Shown here: piece by piece, positions 1 through 20,782 of the stretch
Position numbering within the stretch: the first letter of the stretch is position 1
Layout of the letters: every line of letters begins with the position of its first letter
Origin: Blastocatellales bacterium
GTDB lineage: Bacteria > Acidobacteriota > Blastocatellia > RBC074
Reading direction: 5' to 3'
Assembly (NCBI GenBank): GCA_050249535.1
Contig: JBFWQI010000003.1
Coordinates: 54,750 to 118,749 of the forward strand
DNA: 64,000 nucleotides
Translations under genes and position numbers: made by a program
The notes under the pieces: generated by a model
What the model was told of the DNA's origin: nothing
Seen by the model: only the letters and a program-made list of their open reading frames with translations
Database searches by the model: none

Positions 1-3701
<3,701 letters not shown>

Positions 3702-3707
3702 GCAGGG

Positions 3708-3740
<33 letters not shown>

Positions 3741-3757
3741 TACGCGCCCCGAACAGC

Positions 3758-4739
3758 TCAGGCGCGCAGCAGGGAGAGCAGGTTTTCGAGCTCGGCCGGC
3801 AGAGGCGCGCTGAACTCCATCGTCTCGCCCGTTACGGGATGGACCAGCCGCAGTTTCGATGCGTGCAGGAACGGCCGTCCGAGCCCCGAGATCGCCTTCC
3901 GGACGGCGACCTCCCTGACGTTGTTGATGCGACCGCCGTCATAGAGACTGTCGCCCGCGACAGGGTGTTTGAAATGCGCCAGGTGAACGCGGATCTGATG
4001 GGTTCTGCCGGTCCTGATCTCGACGTCGAGCAGCGTCAGCTCATCGAAACGTTCGACCGTCTTGAACAGCGTCAGAGCATAGCGTCCCTGTCCCTGGATG
4101 CTCATTCTGACGCGGTTGCGGGGATCGCGCCCGATCGGAGCTTCGATCCGGCCGTCGTCTTCAGCGACACGGCCGTAGACGAGGGCGGTGTAGAGCTTGT
4201 GAATCGTTCGTCCCTCGAACTGTTCGGCCAGCGCCAGGTGGGCCCGATCCGTCTTCGCCGCGACGATCACTCCTGATGTCCCGACGTCGAGGCGATGGAC
4301 GATCCCGGGCCGCGACGACCCTCCGCGTTTCGGCAACTGCTGCGCCTGAGTGTTCAGATGATGGACCAGCGCATTGGCCAGCGTGCCCGAATTGATCCCC
4401 GCCCCGGGGTGAGTGACCATTCCGGCGGGTTTGTTGATGACGATGATCTCGGCGTCTTCGTGAATGATGTCGAGCGGAATGTCCTCAGGGACGGCCTCGA
4501 TCGGCAGCGATTCGGGCGGCTCGAAATTGATTACCTCGCCGGCTTTCAGACTGTGCGATGGTTTGACCGGACTGTCGTCGACCAGGACGTCTCCGCGTTC
4601 GATGGCCCGCCTGACCTGCGAGCGGCTGATATCATCGAAGAGCCCCGCCAGATACGAATCGATCCGCTGGCCCGCCGCCTCTTCGGGCGCCACGATTCTG
4701 ACGCTCCGGCTTTCGTCAACGGTCTCGGCGCCGGCGGTT

Positions 4740-4747
<8 letters not shown>
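3758..4747 (-). CDS. rluD: RluA-family 23S rRNA pseudouridine synthase with N-terminal S4 domain (RluD-like)
   Basis: Motifs HRLDVGTSGVIVAAKT and HQIRVHLA. S4-like N-terminus (RIDSYLAGLF...GDVLVDD). Start moved to TTG at 4747, preceded by AAGGGAG Shine-Dalgarno. The track's longer N-terminus (to 4957) is Arg/Ser-rich and overlaps the upstream gene. Confidence 0.8.
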
Positions 4748-6653
<1,906 letters not shown>

Positions 6654-6673
6654 AGCTGATTCCGGCCTGGGGC

Positions 6674-7804
6674 TCAGGCTCTTTTCGATTCCTCGAAGAC
6701 TTCGTCGTAGAGCGCCTGGGTCTCCCTGGCGGCGCGCTCCCAGGAGAATCGTGAAGCCTGTTCGAGACCCGCGCGCTGAAGTTTTTCCGACACCGAGCGG
6801 TCGCTGAGCAGGGTCACGAAATGGCTCGTCAGCGCACGGTAGTCCAGCGGATCGTGGAGCAGTCCTGCTTCGCCGACGACCTCCGGCAGGCTCGAGACGT
6901 TGCTCGTCACCACCGGCGTGCCGCAGGCCATCGCCTCGAGCGGCGGCAGGCCGAATCCCTCGTAGATCGAAGGATAGACGAACGCCTCGGCGCCGGAATA
7001 GAGAGCCGGCAGATCAGCGTCGTCGACATATCCTGTAAACCGGACCTGATCCTGCAGCTTCAGTTCCTCGACCACTCTGAAGACTTCGTCCTCCATCCAT
7101 CCGCGTCCGCCGCAGAGCACCAGTTGCGGGCGATGCGTCGTCTGGCGGAGCAGTTCGTCGTATGCTTTGATGAGCGTCGTCAGGTTCTTGCGCGGCTCGA
7201 TCGTACCGACATAGAGCAGATACTGCGAACTGATCCCGTGTTTTTCGAGGATCGCCTTCCCCTCGTCCGACGGCAGCGGTCGCATCTTCTCGCGGGCGCC
7301 TTCATGAATGACGCGGATCTTCTCGGGCCGCGTCCCCATGATTTTGACGATCTCCTGTTTAGTCCATTCGCTCGGCGCGATGATCCGCGTCGCGCGCCGC
7401 ATCATGATCGGCATTCTGCGACGGCCGCGGCACACGTTGTCCGATTCGTGCGTCCCCGACTGCGTCAGCAGCGACATATCATGCACCGTCACCACCGTGG
7501 GGCAGGGCGCGATGACCGGAACGCAGTAGTTGGTTCCGTGAAAAACATCGACCGGCGAGATCTGCAGAAAGGACGGCAGCCCGACCAGCCACCACTTTCT
7601 GAAGATGGAGCGGACAGGAATATATCGTTTGCTCAGGTTCGCCGGTTTGCCGTCGCAGGGATCGAATTCGAAATCGAAGGGCGAGAAGAGTTCGTACTGA
7701 TGATCCGTGTGAACCCGCGCCAGCCATTCGGCCAGCGCATCCGTGTAATGCCCGATCCCGGTCTTGGCGGCGACCAATGGGATAGCGTCAAGCGCAACTC
7801 GCAT
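6674..7804 (-). CDS. Glycosyltransferase family 4 (GT4, GT-B fold)
   Basis: Canonical GT4 C-terminal motif [20 protein letters not shown], plus N-terminal Rossmann-like half. 376 aa, ATG at 7804. Confidence 0.85.
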   Translation of the reverse strand: MRVALDAIPLVAAKTGIGHYTDALAEWLARVHTDHQYELFSPFDFEFDPCDGKPANLSKRYIPVRSIFRKWWLVGLPSFLQISPVDVFHGTNYCVPVIAPCPTVVTVHDMSLLTQSGTHESDNVCRGRRRMPIMMRRATRIIAPSEWTKQEIVKIMGTRPEKIRVIHEGAREKMRPLPSDEGKAILEKHGISSQYLLYVGTIEPRKNLTTLIKAYDELLRQTTHRPQLVLCGGRGWMEDEVFRVVEELKLQDQVRFTGYVDDADLPALYSGAEAFVYPSIYEGFGLPPLEAMACGTPVVTSNVSSLPEVVGEAGLLHDPLDYRALTSHFVTLLSDRSVSEKLQRAGLEQASRFSWERAARETQALYDEVFEESKRA

Positions 7805-7854
7805 AGGTTCAAAGATTACCTTCAGAGCGGTTTTATTTCAATTCCCGGGTTTTA

Positions 7855-8093
<239 letters not shown>

Positions 8094-8100
8094 TATACTC

Positions 8101-9132
8101 ATGAGCATCGAAGAGATCAGAAAAGACATAGATCAAATAGCCGCCGAGCAGCGCGAGAAGCTGGAGGGCGGATCGTGGTGGCACAGCATCGACCTCGGCG
8201 GAGGCCGGATTACTCCGGGCGTTCATTCGATCGAGGAGCTGCGCGGCAACTACGAGAGATTCGGTCTTCCCGCGGACCTGACCGGCAGGCGGCTGCTCGA
8301 CGTCGGCTGCTGGGACGGCTTCTACAGTTTCGAGAGCGAGCGGAGGGGGGCGGATGTCACCTCGGTCGACTGCTGGCGTCCGGAGAATTTCTTCATTGCC
8401 CGCGAGGCGCTCGGCTCCGCCGTCGAGTTCCGCGAGATGAGCGTCTACGAGCTTTCACGCAGGGATCTCGGCGCCTTCGATATCGTCCTCTTTCTGGGCG
8501 TGCTCTATCATCTGCGCCACCCGTTGCTGGCGCTCGAGCGGATCTGCGAGCTGACGCGCGAGACGGCGATCATCGAAACCCACGTCATCGACAGCGTTTT
8601 CCCGACTGAGCGGCCGATCATGGAGTTCTATGAGTTCGACCAGCTCGGCGGGCAATACGATAACTGGTGGGGGCCGAACGTGGAATGCCTCTCCCAGATG
8701 GCCCGCGCCGCGGGGTTCGCACGCGTCGAACTGATCAGACGCGAACCGACGCGCGCCACCATCCGCGCTCACCGCCGCTGGGACGACCGGCCGGCTGCCG
8801 TTGACCCGGGCCTGCGGATCCGGAAGGTCTTCAACGCGGTGACGATCGACGGGGCGATCCCGACGACCGGCAGGCACGCCTTCATCGGCATTCTGGTTGA
8901 AGGTCTGCGAGAGGATGTCCGCCGTTGGGATCTGCGGGTCGAGGTCGGAGGCTTCGGTACACACCCGATCTACATCGGTCCGTCAGGCGATCCCGCGGCC
9001 GCCGGTTTGACTCAGATCAATGTGCCGGTCCCGCCGGGGCTCGATCCGGGACCGACGAGCCTTCGCCTCTGGCACGATGGCCGGCTTTCCGATGATGCCG
9101 ATCTGATTCTGGTGAAGGGGACGGACTGGTAG
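8101..9132 (+). CDS. Class I SAM-dependent methyltransferase (DUF1698/CmoB-like fold family)
   Basis: Motif [14 protein letters not shown], acidic loop DVTSVDC, motif [16 protein letters not shown]. 343 aa, ATG at 8101. Confidence 0.75.
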   Translation: MSIEEIRKDIDQIAAEQREKLEGGSWWHSIDLGGGRITPGVHSIEELRGNYERFGLPADLTGRRLLDVGCWDGFYSFESERRGADVTSVDCWRPENFFIAREALGSAVEFREMSVYELSRRDLGAFDIVLFLGVLYHLRHPLLALERICELTRETAIIETHVIDSVFPTERPIMEFYEFDQLGGQYDNWWGPNVECLSQMARAAGFARVELIRREPTRATIRAHRRWDDRPAAVDPGLRIRKVFNAVTIDGAIPTTGRHAFIGILVEGLREDVRRWDLRVEVGGFGTHPIYIGPSGDPAAAGLTQINVPVPPGLDPGPTSLRLWHDGRLSDDADLILVKGTDW

Positions 9133-9262
9133 GATTGCTTTTATCCAAAAAGGATTATTTATCCACGAAGGGTCACTAAGTATCGGAACGCATCGATCAA
9201 TTTTTCTGAAGGACTTCTTTGTGAGCCTTCGTGTCCCTTCGTGGATAAAAAGTTCAAACTGA

Positions 9263-9934
9263 TCAGAATGCCGGGACCTTGACGTCGCGTTCGAATCTGA
9301 TGCGAAGGATGGTGCCGGGTTGAAGTTTGATGTCGTTGCCCTTGGTCATCAGCACGCCGCCGGCAGCTCCGACGCCGATCGCGCCGGCGAGGCCGCCGAG
9401 CCCTCCGCCCGCGGCTCCGATGATCATGCCGCCGAGGGTTCCGAGCCCACCGCCGAGGCCGGCGTTACGCGCCGTGCGGCCTCCGCTCCGGCCAGCCCCG
9501 ACCTTGCCTTCGTCGTTCTTGGCCTTCATTTTTTCATCGTTTCCGTAATCGTCGATAGCTGTGACGACGGTCGATATCTTCTCGGTTCCGTAAGACATCC
9601 GCATGGTCTCGAAGACGATCGTCATGCTCGCCTCGCGCTGCGGGCGTTTCGCCGCCTGGACCTGGGTCACGCGGCCGATGAATTCGGTGCCGCGCGGAAT
9701 GGCTGTTCTGCCGTCCTCGCTTCTGACGGCCTCGTAGAGGACCGCGACCACCTCATCGCCCACCTCGTTGATCTTCGAGCTGAGCTGCGTCTGCAGGGAC
9801 AGGCGGGCCGCGGCGCCCTGGGCCACGACCATGTTGATATCCCTGGCCGGGCGCTCATCATCCTGTGCCAGTGCGGGGACGCTCACCATCGCGAACGCCG
9901 CCAGCAATAAGACCGGCGTCAAAAACTTCCTCAT
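9263..9934 (-). CDS. Secreted glycine-zipper protein (signal peptide plus Gly-rich GxxxG tract)
   Basis: MRKFLTPVLLLAAFAMVSVPALAQ signal peptide. C-terminal GGGLGTLGGMIIGAAGGGLGGLAGAIGVGAAGG glycine zipper. Start set at ATG 9934, preceded by GGAGG 5 nt upstream. Confidence 0.6.
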   Translation of the reverse strand: MRKFLTPVLLLAAFAMVSVPALAQDDERPARDINMVVAQGAAARLSLQTQLSSKINEVGDEVVAVLYEAVRSEDGRTAIPRGTEFIGRVTQVQAAKRPQREASMTIVFETMRMSYGTEKISTVVTAIDDYGNDEKMKAKNDEGKVGAGRSGGRTARNAGLGGGLGTLGGMIIGAAGGGLGGLAGAIGVGAAGGVLMTKGNDIKLQPGTILRIRFERDVKVPAF

Positions 9935-9961
9935 TATTACCTCCACTGATTCTGAGTCCGG

Positions 9962-10261
9962 TTACCAGCGCTTCTTCTGGTCGCTGCGCCGCACCTCGTC
10001 GATTTCGTAATCGCGAACGCGGTTCCGGTCGCCTTGCTGCTCCTCGACCTCGCTCGCGCCGGCAGCCCTCCGCAGCAGCCTCAGCGCTCCGTCGCGCGAC
10101 TTCTTGATCTCTTTCCGCCCGTCCTCGAACTGAATCTCGACGGCGGCGCCGCCCTCGAGCAACCTGACGATCTCGCCATACGCGATGCCCGAGCCGAAAG
10201 CGTATGAAATCTCGTCGCCGATACCGTAATTCGTCGTCCTCGTTTTGTTTGATCCGACCAT
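9962..10261 (-). CDS. Small DUF2945-like (tudor/KOW-like barrel) protein
   Basis: GDEISYAFGSGIAYGEIVRLLEGGAAVEIQFEDGRKEIKKSRDGALRLL resembles the DUF2945 small-barrel family. Start chosen at ATG 10261 with AAGGAAGGA Shine-Dalgarno directly upstream. Longer track ORF N-terminus rejected. Confidence 0.55.
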   Translation of the reverse strand: MVGSNKTRTTNYGIGDEISYAFGSGIAYGEIVRLLEGGAAVEIQFEDGRKEIKKSRDGALRLLRRAAGASEVEEQQGDRNRVRDYEIDEVRRSDQKKRW

Positions 10262-11105
10262 GATGTCCTTCCTTGTCTCCAGAATTCGCATCATTATTAT
10301 AGCCGTTTCAATGATCGGCTGCACGCCTCTTATTTCTCTGCTCACGAGGAGGGCGCATCGTTCCACAAATTGATCGATTTTAGAATGATTTAACGATATG
10401 TGATCAGGCCGCCGGGCTCCAGGTGGTCGGTGCGATTGAATGAATCGAGGGAGATCCTGCCCCGGCCGAAGATGAAACCTGTCAGCGAACAGTTGCGAAC
10501 CCGCCAGTTGATCTCGAGCGCCTTCATTTCAGGCGCATCCAGAACCTTCTGCACGGTCATGCCGATGACGCCTCCCGAAGTGAAGACCGCCACGTTCCGT
10601 CCGCCCTTTTCAGCGCCGATGATCCCGATGATTGCGCTCGACACGCGTTCCCTGAATGCGCTCCAGGATTCGACGCCGTCGATCTCCAGGCTGCCGGACT
10701 GCCAGACCCCGGTCAGGAATTCGAACATGTGCTGAAAATATCTGTTCCTGTCGGGCGCTTGACGGTTCGCCTCGAAATCGTCGATCAGCGCGCGAAAACG
10801 GCTGTCGCGACGAGCCAGCTCCGGCGCCAGCCTGTTGAGCAACCCGTCTGCGTCATATTCGTTGAATTCCGGGCGAGTTTCGATGCCCGGCCATGCGACC
10901 CCGGCGCGAGCGAAACTTTCACCGGCGATCTCAGCCGTCCTGATCTGCCGGGTCAGAGTGCCGGCGTAGACTTCGTCGAAACGCTCACCGAGATTGAGCC
11001 AGTACTCGCCGAGAACGCGCGCCTGCGCCTCGCCCGTCTCGGTCAACCGGTCACTCTCCCTGTCGAATGCCCGCGCCTGTCCGTGTCGGATCAATGTCAG
11101 TGTGC

Positions 11106-11888
<783 letters not shown>

Positions 11889-11983
11889 CGCTCGCTCCTG
11901 ACGTTACTGTTTTTCAAACGGTGTCCGAATTATGCCTGTAAAATATTGCTCCTGAAAATCCGTCCCTGTAAACTCGGTCTGGC

Positions 11984-12721
11984 ATGCCCGATCAAATCTA
12001 CACTGATTATGACCAGTTTGCCTGGTTTTACAACAAGTACTGGGGCGGAGAATTTTCGCGGCCGGCGCTGGCGATAATGAACATCGTTCTGCTGCCGCAT
12101 CTGCCCGATCAGGCGCGGATACTCGATCTCTGCTGCGGAACAGGTCAGATCTCAGCCGGGCTTGTCGAGAAAGGCTATCGGGTGACCGGACTCGACGGAT
12201 CGGAAGCGATGCTCGGGTTCGCCAGGCAGAACGCTCCCGATGCATGCTTCATTCAGGGCGATGCTCGGGATTTCCGGTTCGACCATCGTTTCGATGCCGT
12301 CATCTCGCCGTTCGACAGTCTCAACCACCTGATGACGATCGACGATCTCGGTCGCGTCTTCCGCAATGTCAACGACGCGCTCGAGGCCGACGGGATCTTC
12401 TTCTTCGATCTCAATCTGGAGGAGGAGTTGGAATCCCAGGGCAACTCGATCAATATGGTCGGAGACGACCATGCCTGCATCGTCAATGCGGTGTATGATC
12501 CAGTAGAAAAGCTCAAGCGCTACGATGTTACGATGTTTCGCCTTGACGGCGATGTCTGGCGCCGGTCGGACATCTCGCTCCATCAGCGCTATCACGAAAC
12601 TCGAGAAGTGCTGCGGGCGCTGGCCGAGGCGGGATTTCACCGGGTCAGAACCTACGACGCGAGAAGGGAATTCGGCTTCACGCTCAACGACGGGCGGATG
12701 TTCTATCTCGCACGCAAATAA
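11984..12721 (+). CDS. Class I SAM-dependent methyltransferase
   Basis: Motif [13 protein letters not shown], motif [13 protein letters not shown], downstream [14 protein letters not shown]. 245 aa. Ends 24 bp before the giant hydrolase-CHAT gene. Confidence 0.85.
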   Translation: MPDQIYTDYDQFAWFYNKYWGGEFSRPALAIMNIVLLPHLPDQARILDLCCGTGQISAGLVEKGYRVTGLDGSEAMLGFARQNAPDACFIQGDARDFRFDHRFDAVISPFDSLNHLMTIDDLGRVFRNVNDALEADGIFFFDLNLEEELESQGNSINMVGDDHACIVNAVYDPVEKLKRYDVTMFRLDGDVWRRSDISLHQRYHETREVLRALAEAGFHRVRTYDARREFGFTLNDGRMFYLARK

Positions 12722-12745
12722 CTGCTCCGCTGATTGGAGGATCGA

Positions 12746-15700
12746 ATGACTACCAGAATGATTCTTCCCGGACATCAGGTCCAGGATAAGCCGAAGATGG
12801 AAGCGCAGCTTCAGGATGAGCTGGATGGCTTTCTGGATGTCGATATCGTAGCCGCCAGCGAGGTGGATGTCCGGCAGCGGGGGACGGCGTCGGAGGAAGC
12901 GGTCGTCCTCGACAACGCCGAGGACGACGACATCGTCGAGATCGAGTTCGACAACGGGGCAAGGCAGTGGGTCTCGGTGGCGCAGCTCCGCGAGGACCTC
13001 GAACAGACTGGGCTCAAGCGCGGCGCTTCGCGCGAGCTGGCGCTGCCGTCGATGCTTCGTCAGGAAGGTGCGACCAGAGGGCTGCTGACCGACCTCGGCG
13101 TCAAGGCTCTCAAGCTGATCAGGACGAAGCTGCCTGATGAGATCGAATCGAAGATCGCCGACGAGATCAAGGACATGACCGTCGGACTGGCTGCCGACAA
13201 GGCGGCGCTCAGGATCGCGGGTTATTTCGAGGACAAGCTCAATCCGGGCGGTCCGGGGTTGTATCGATTCACCGATCCGCAGCTTCTCGGCGAAAAGGTC
13301 GGCCGCAAGGATCTGGACAATAAAGCGCCGTGGCTGCTCTTCCTGCACGGGACGGCTTCGACCTCGACTGGCAGCTTCAGCCGGCTCGGGGCGATGCACA
13401 GCTTCGACAAGCTGGGACTCGAAAATTCGCCCGAGTGGAATTCGCTCAAAACCTTCTACAACGACCGGATACTCGGTTTCGAGCATCGGACGTTCACCGA
13501 ATCGCCGTTCCTCAATGCTCTGCAGGCGGTCGAGAATCTCCCCGACGGAACGAGGCTGCATCTCGTCTCCCATTCGCGTGGCGGCCTGGTCGGAGAACTG
13601 CTCTGCCTCGGGATGGTCGACGCGCTCGGCGACCCGGCACGTGCAAAAGACCTGCTCGACCTGCTGAGCAAGCCCTTCGAAAAGGGCGGGCGCAAGGAAG
13701 AGATCAAACAACTGGCGGCGCTGATCGAAGCGCTCGTCGGTAAGAGGATTCAGGTCGAGAAGTTCGTCAGGGTCGCCTGCCCGGCGCGCGGAACGACGCT
13801 GCTCTCAGGCAGACTCGACCTCTATCTCTCATCGATCCTCAACGTGATCGGCCTGATTCCGTGGCTCAAGGCCAGTCCGACCTACAAGTTCGTCAAGGCC
13901 ATTCTGCTGGAGCTGGCCAAGCGGAGGACCGATCCCGAGGTTCTGCCGGGTATCGAGGCGATGCTGCCGACATCGCCGCTCGTCTACATGCTCAATGCGC
14001 TCGATCTGCAGACCAGCGCGGGACTGGCGGTCATCAGCGGCGATATCGAGGGCGGAGATCTGCTCGACCGCCTGAAGATCTTCATGACCGACGTCTACTA
14101 CCGTGAGGACCACGATCTGGTGGTCAACACGGCCGCCATGTCCGGAGGGATGAAGCGCGACCAGAACGCTTTCATCTATTTCGACAAGGGGGCGGAGGTC
14201 AGCCATTTCAGCTACTTCAAGAACCACAACACGCGTTCCAGGCTGGCCGGCTGGCTGACTTCGGCCGAGGCGGGGGCGGGAACCGCCGAGAGGCTGGGTT
14301 TCACCGAGATCAAGCCGGCGAAGGATTATCAGGCCCCGGTCCGGGCGGATCGGGCCGCCCAAACGCAGGATCTTCCGGTGGTCTTCGTACTGCCCGGGAT
14401 CATGGGAACGCATCTCAAGGTTGGAGACGACCGGATCTGGCTCGATCCGGTGTCGCTTGCGCTGGGCAAGATGGGCAGGTTGAAGTATGGCTCCCGGGTG
14501 ACGCCTGAAGCTCTGGTGCCGAGCGCGTATGAACGGCTGATCGACTTTCTCGGTTTCAGATATCAGGTGATCCCGTTTCCTTACGACTGGAGGCTCTCCG
14601 TCAGGGACTCGGCCGCACTGCTTGCCGATGAGGTGAGCCGGCAGCTCAAGTCGCACCGCCGGAGCATTCGTTTCGTCGCCCACTCGATGGGCGGTCTGGT
14701 TATGCGGGCGATGATCGCGCTTCACGGGGACGTCTGGAAAGAACTCTGTTCGAGGGATGCCCGCGTCGTTCTTCTCGGCACGCCGAGCGAGGGGTCTTTC
14801 GTCATTCCGCAACTGCTTGCGGGCCGCGAGAAGATGCTCAAGATGCTGGCGCTGCTTGATCTGCGTAACGACAGTAAGGACCTGATCAGGATCATTCGCG
14901 ACTATCCTGGAATCCTCGAGATGCTGCCCGAGGAGATGCTCGAATCCGGATACTGGAACGGTCTGAAGGATATCGAACGGCCGACCGATGCCTCGCTCAC
15001 CGCCGCGCGCAACCTGCGGAAGGATATGAGGGGAGCGATCGACCGCGAACGTATGTTCTACGTCGCCGGGACCGCGCCCAGCACTCCGTCGGGGCTGAAG
15101 ATGGAGAACGGAAAGCTCGTCTTCGCGGGCACGACCGACGGAGATGGCCGCGTCACTTACAAGATGGGGCTGATCGAGGGCGTCGCCACATGGTATTCCG
15201 ACGCGCAGCACGGCGATCTGGCCGATCATTCGCCGTCTTTTCCGGCGCTGGTCGACCTGCTCGATCAGGGCAAAACCGAGAGGTTGTCGAGAGCGCCGAG
15301 GGTTCGCCGCGGCGTGCCGACCGAACACACGCTGACCGAAGAGGTGCCGCAGGAGTTTCCGGACAGCGATGATCTGATCGCGGCCGCACTCGGCCAGAGC
15401 CGGAAACGGATCCGCATCGAAGAGCCGCATACGATTCAGATTTCAGTCGCAAACGGGCACCTCCGCGAGGCCCGGTATCCGATTGCCGTCGGCCATTACA
15501 AGGGCGACGTCATCACCGGCGCCGAGAGGGTGATCGACAATCAGCTCGATAACCAGCTTTCGCAACTCTTCCAGATGGGAATCTATCCGGGCGAGGACGG
15601 GACGCTCGAAATCCTGAGAAATCACAAACCGGGGTTGCCCGGCGCGATGGTCATCGGGTTCGGCGAAATGGGCGAGATCACGCCGGAGAAGGTTCGCTCC

Positions 15701-18168
15701 GGCGTTACGGCCGCCGCCCTGCGCAATGCGCTGCGGGTTCTCAATGACGCCCGTTCAAACACTTCTGATGGCTGGGTCTCGGCGGGATTCAGCTCGCTGC
15801 TTCTGGGAAGCTACAGCAGCGGACAGGTGACGGTGCAGTCATCGGTCAGCGCGATCATTCAGGGAGCTCTGCTGGCCAACAAGTCGCTTCAGGCCCAGGG
15901 TCTGTGGGACAAGGTCAGGATCGATGCGATCGAGATCATCGAATTGTACGAGGATATCGCCACCGAGGCGATCAATTCCGTGGCTCGACTGGTCGAGCGG
16001 CCGCCGGTCGAACTGGCGGCCAATGAGCTGCTCGAACTTGTCCCGCCTTACCTGCGAATGCTCAGCGCCCGGCTGCCGCAGCGCCCGGCCGATCAGTACT
16101 CGTCGGGCTGGTGGCGGCGGGTCAAGGTCTCAGTGGCGGACACGGATGCCGGCGTTGACGTTTCTGAGAGGAAGCTCCGCTTCACCATCCTGACCGATCG
16201 GGCGCGGGCAGAGGAGGAGGAACAGGTCTCTCAACGCCGCCTGGTCGACAGCTTCATCAGCAATGCCATCACCAAACCGTTTTACGACGAGAAGCTCAGT
16301 TCGACGCTCTTCGAGCTGATGGTTCCCAATGTCTACAAGGATCAACTGGTCTCACAGGGCAACATCCTGCTGGTCGTCGACAGCGAGGCGGCCAATTATC
16401 CCTGGGAGCTGATGGCGGCGCGCGGTCGCTCGGGCGTCAGGCCGCTGGCCTGCGATCGCGGGATCATCAGGCAGCTCGTGACCGGTCAGTACCGCCAGAA
16501 TCCGCAGTCGGCCAAGGGGCGCAACGCTCTGATCGTCGGGGATCCGATCCTCAACGACAAGCGGTTCGTTCAGCTCGACGGAGCGCGGGCAGAGGCTGAG
16601 ATGGCGGCCGGAACGCTTGGCTCGAGTTTCGACGTCACCTCGCTGATCAACAGCGGGCCGCTCCCGATCATCAGCACCATCTTCGAACGCGATTATCGGA
16701 TCATCCACCTGGCCGGCCACGGTCATTACGATCCGGACCATCCCGTCAACAGCGGGATGGTCCTCGGTGACGGGATGTGGCTCAGTTCGGCCGAATTCCG
16801 TCAGATGCGTGTCGTTCCCGATTTCGTCTTCATCAACTGCTGCCATCTGGGCAAGGTCGACGCCCCGACCCCGCCGCAGGAGAGCAAGGACAACAAGGTC
16901 GAAAGTTCCAACAAACTGGCTGCCAGCATCTCGCAGGAACTGATCAGCATGGGAGTCAAGGCCGTCGTCGCCGCCGGCTGGGCGGTCGACGACGCGGCCG
17001 CGCTAACTTTCGCCGAGACCTTCTACGACAATCTGCTCCGCAACGAAACCTTCGGAGACTCGATCCTCGCCGCCCGCAAGCGGACCTGGGAACTTCACCG
17101 GACAAGCAATACCTGGGGCGCCTATCAGTGCTACGGCAATCCGGATTTCAGGCTCAACAACCTCGGCGGAGGAGTCACCCGCTACACCGAGGAGCCGCTG
17201 CCCAGATCGAAGCGCGAGTATCGCAATCAGATCCGCAATATCATCCGGCAGTCGGGATTCTCCGACAGCGAAGCGATGGGACTGCTCCGAAATCAGCTCG
17301 GAGACGTCGAGCGAAGCCTGCCGCCCATCTGGGCGGACGGCGAGCTGCTCAGCCTCTTCGGAGAAGCCTGGATTTCACTCGGAGAATTCGAGAAGGGAAT
17401 AGATGCCTACCGCCGGGCCGTTCGCGACAACGAAGGCAGAATAACCCTCTACAGCCTCCAGCAGTTCGCCAATATGCTCGCCAAGTACGGAAGGATTCTG
17501 GCCAAAAAGGCGAAATCAGGATCGGCCCGGGAGAAGACGAAAACAGAAGCCTTATCGATCGAACTGCTTCAGGAGGCCGAGGCCCTGCTCGATGCTCTGC
17601 GCGCAATCACGAGCACGCCCGAGCTGCTCTCGATCTCCGCCAGCCTCTACAAGAACTGGGCCCGGATCGACGAGAAGAATCGTCTCGGCCTGATTCGCCA
17701 GGCCGAGGATTTCTACCACCAGGCTTACGAACTCTCCGCCACGACGGGCGGTCAACCCGATCCCTACCCCGGGCTCAACTGGCTGACCTGCCGTTACATC
17801 GCAGACTATCTCTCGCAGGGAAAACGTAAGAGCGCCAAATCTGCCGGACAGGACAAACTGATGAAGGCCGAGATCGAAAGTATCAGGGAACTCGCCGCCG
17901 GAACCTCCCGGTCGGATAATATCTGGTACCGGATATACCATCCCGATGCGGAGCTCTTCTACCACCTGATCGGGGAGACGCTGACTCCAAGAACGGCGCG
18001 CGCGCTCATCGAGAAGTACAACTTCGCGCTCAAAGAGAGGGCAAGTCGAGAGGACCTCGATACCGTCCGCGGGCAGTTCAATTTCATCATCGAGATGCTC
18101 TCATCGACCGGCGAGAGATTCTCCGATACCCGCGGCTTGCTCGAAAATATCAGGGATTCCTTAAATAA

Positions 18169-18172
<4 letters not shown>
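12746..18172 (+). CDS. Giant multidomain protein: N-terminal region, two tandem alpha/beta-hydrolase (LCAT/PGAP1-like lipase) domains, central region, CHAT (caspase-like) protease domain, C-terminal TPR-like helical repeats
   Basis: Nucleophile elbows [10 protein letters not shown] (~13560-13590) and [15 protein letters not shown] (~14675-14700) with YDWRL and AQHGDL (LCAT-family-like). CHAT His/Cys dyad context [10 protein letters not shown] (~16703-16730) and [10 protein letters not shown] (~16827-16850). C-terminal about 450 aa helical repeats. Start placed at ATG 12746 with GGAGGA Shine-Dalgarno (track starts at TTG 12734). Confidence 0.85.
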
Positions 18173-20539
<2,367 letters not shown>

Positions 20540-20782
20540 TTCCCTCGACCTCTACCCGTTGATTAGATTTTCATTGAAGAACTTCCGCAGACAATGCAGG
20601 CCGTCGGCCCGCACTCCCCATTCACTAAATGAGCGAATATCGGAATTGCGCATATTAATGGATGCGTGCGTGCGGGTCAGTATTAATCCTATGGGTGGTC
20701 GTTTCCGGCGGATGGGCGGCGGGCTGAGGCGGATGGACGGAAGGCGGCCGGGCACGGGGCAGTTCCCATGCCCGGCAATTAC

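Noticed and set aside
9155-9245. 18-bp inverted repeat TTATCCACGAAGGG(T/A)CAC flanking about 53 bp between convergent genes, possible fifth MITE family or terminator
   Set aside because: Single copy in window, sequence unrelated to the other repeat families, no adjacent U-tract. Insufficient support to call a mobile element or terminator.
13829-15430. 533-aa minus-strand ORF (and similar long antisense ORFs: 1385-2506 plus, 4464-6356 plus, 19343-20566 plus, 25301-26536 minus, 41624-43171 minus, 48780-49997 minus, 52980-54728 minus, 57347-58264 minus, 61532-62929 minus, 63293-63991 minus)
   Set aside because: All lie antisense to genes with clear family motifs. Their translations are Arg/Pro/Gly-rich with no motifs, as expected for shadow ORFs in high-GC DNA.
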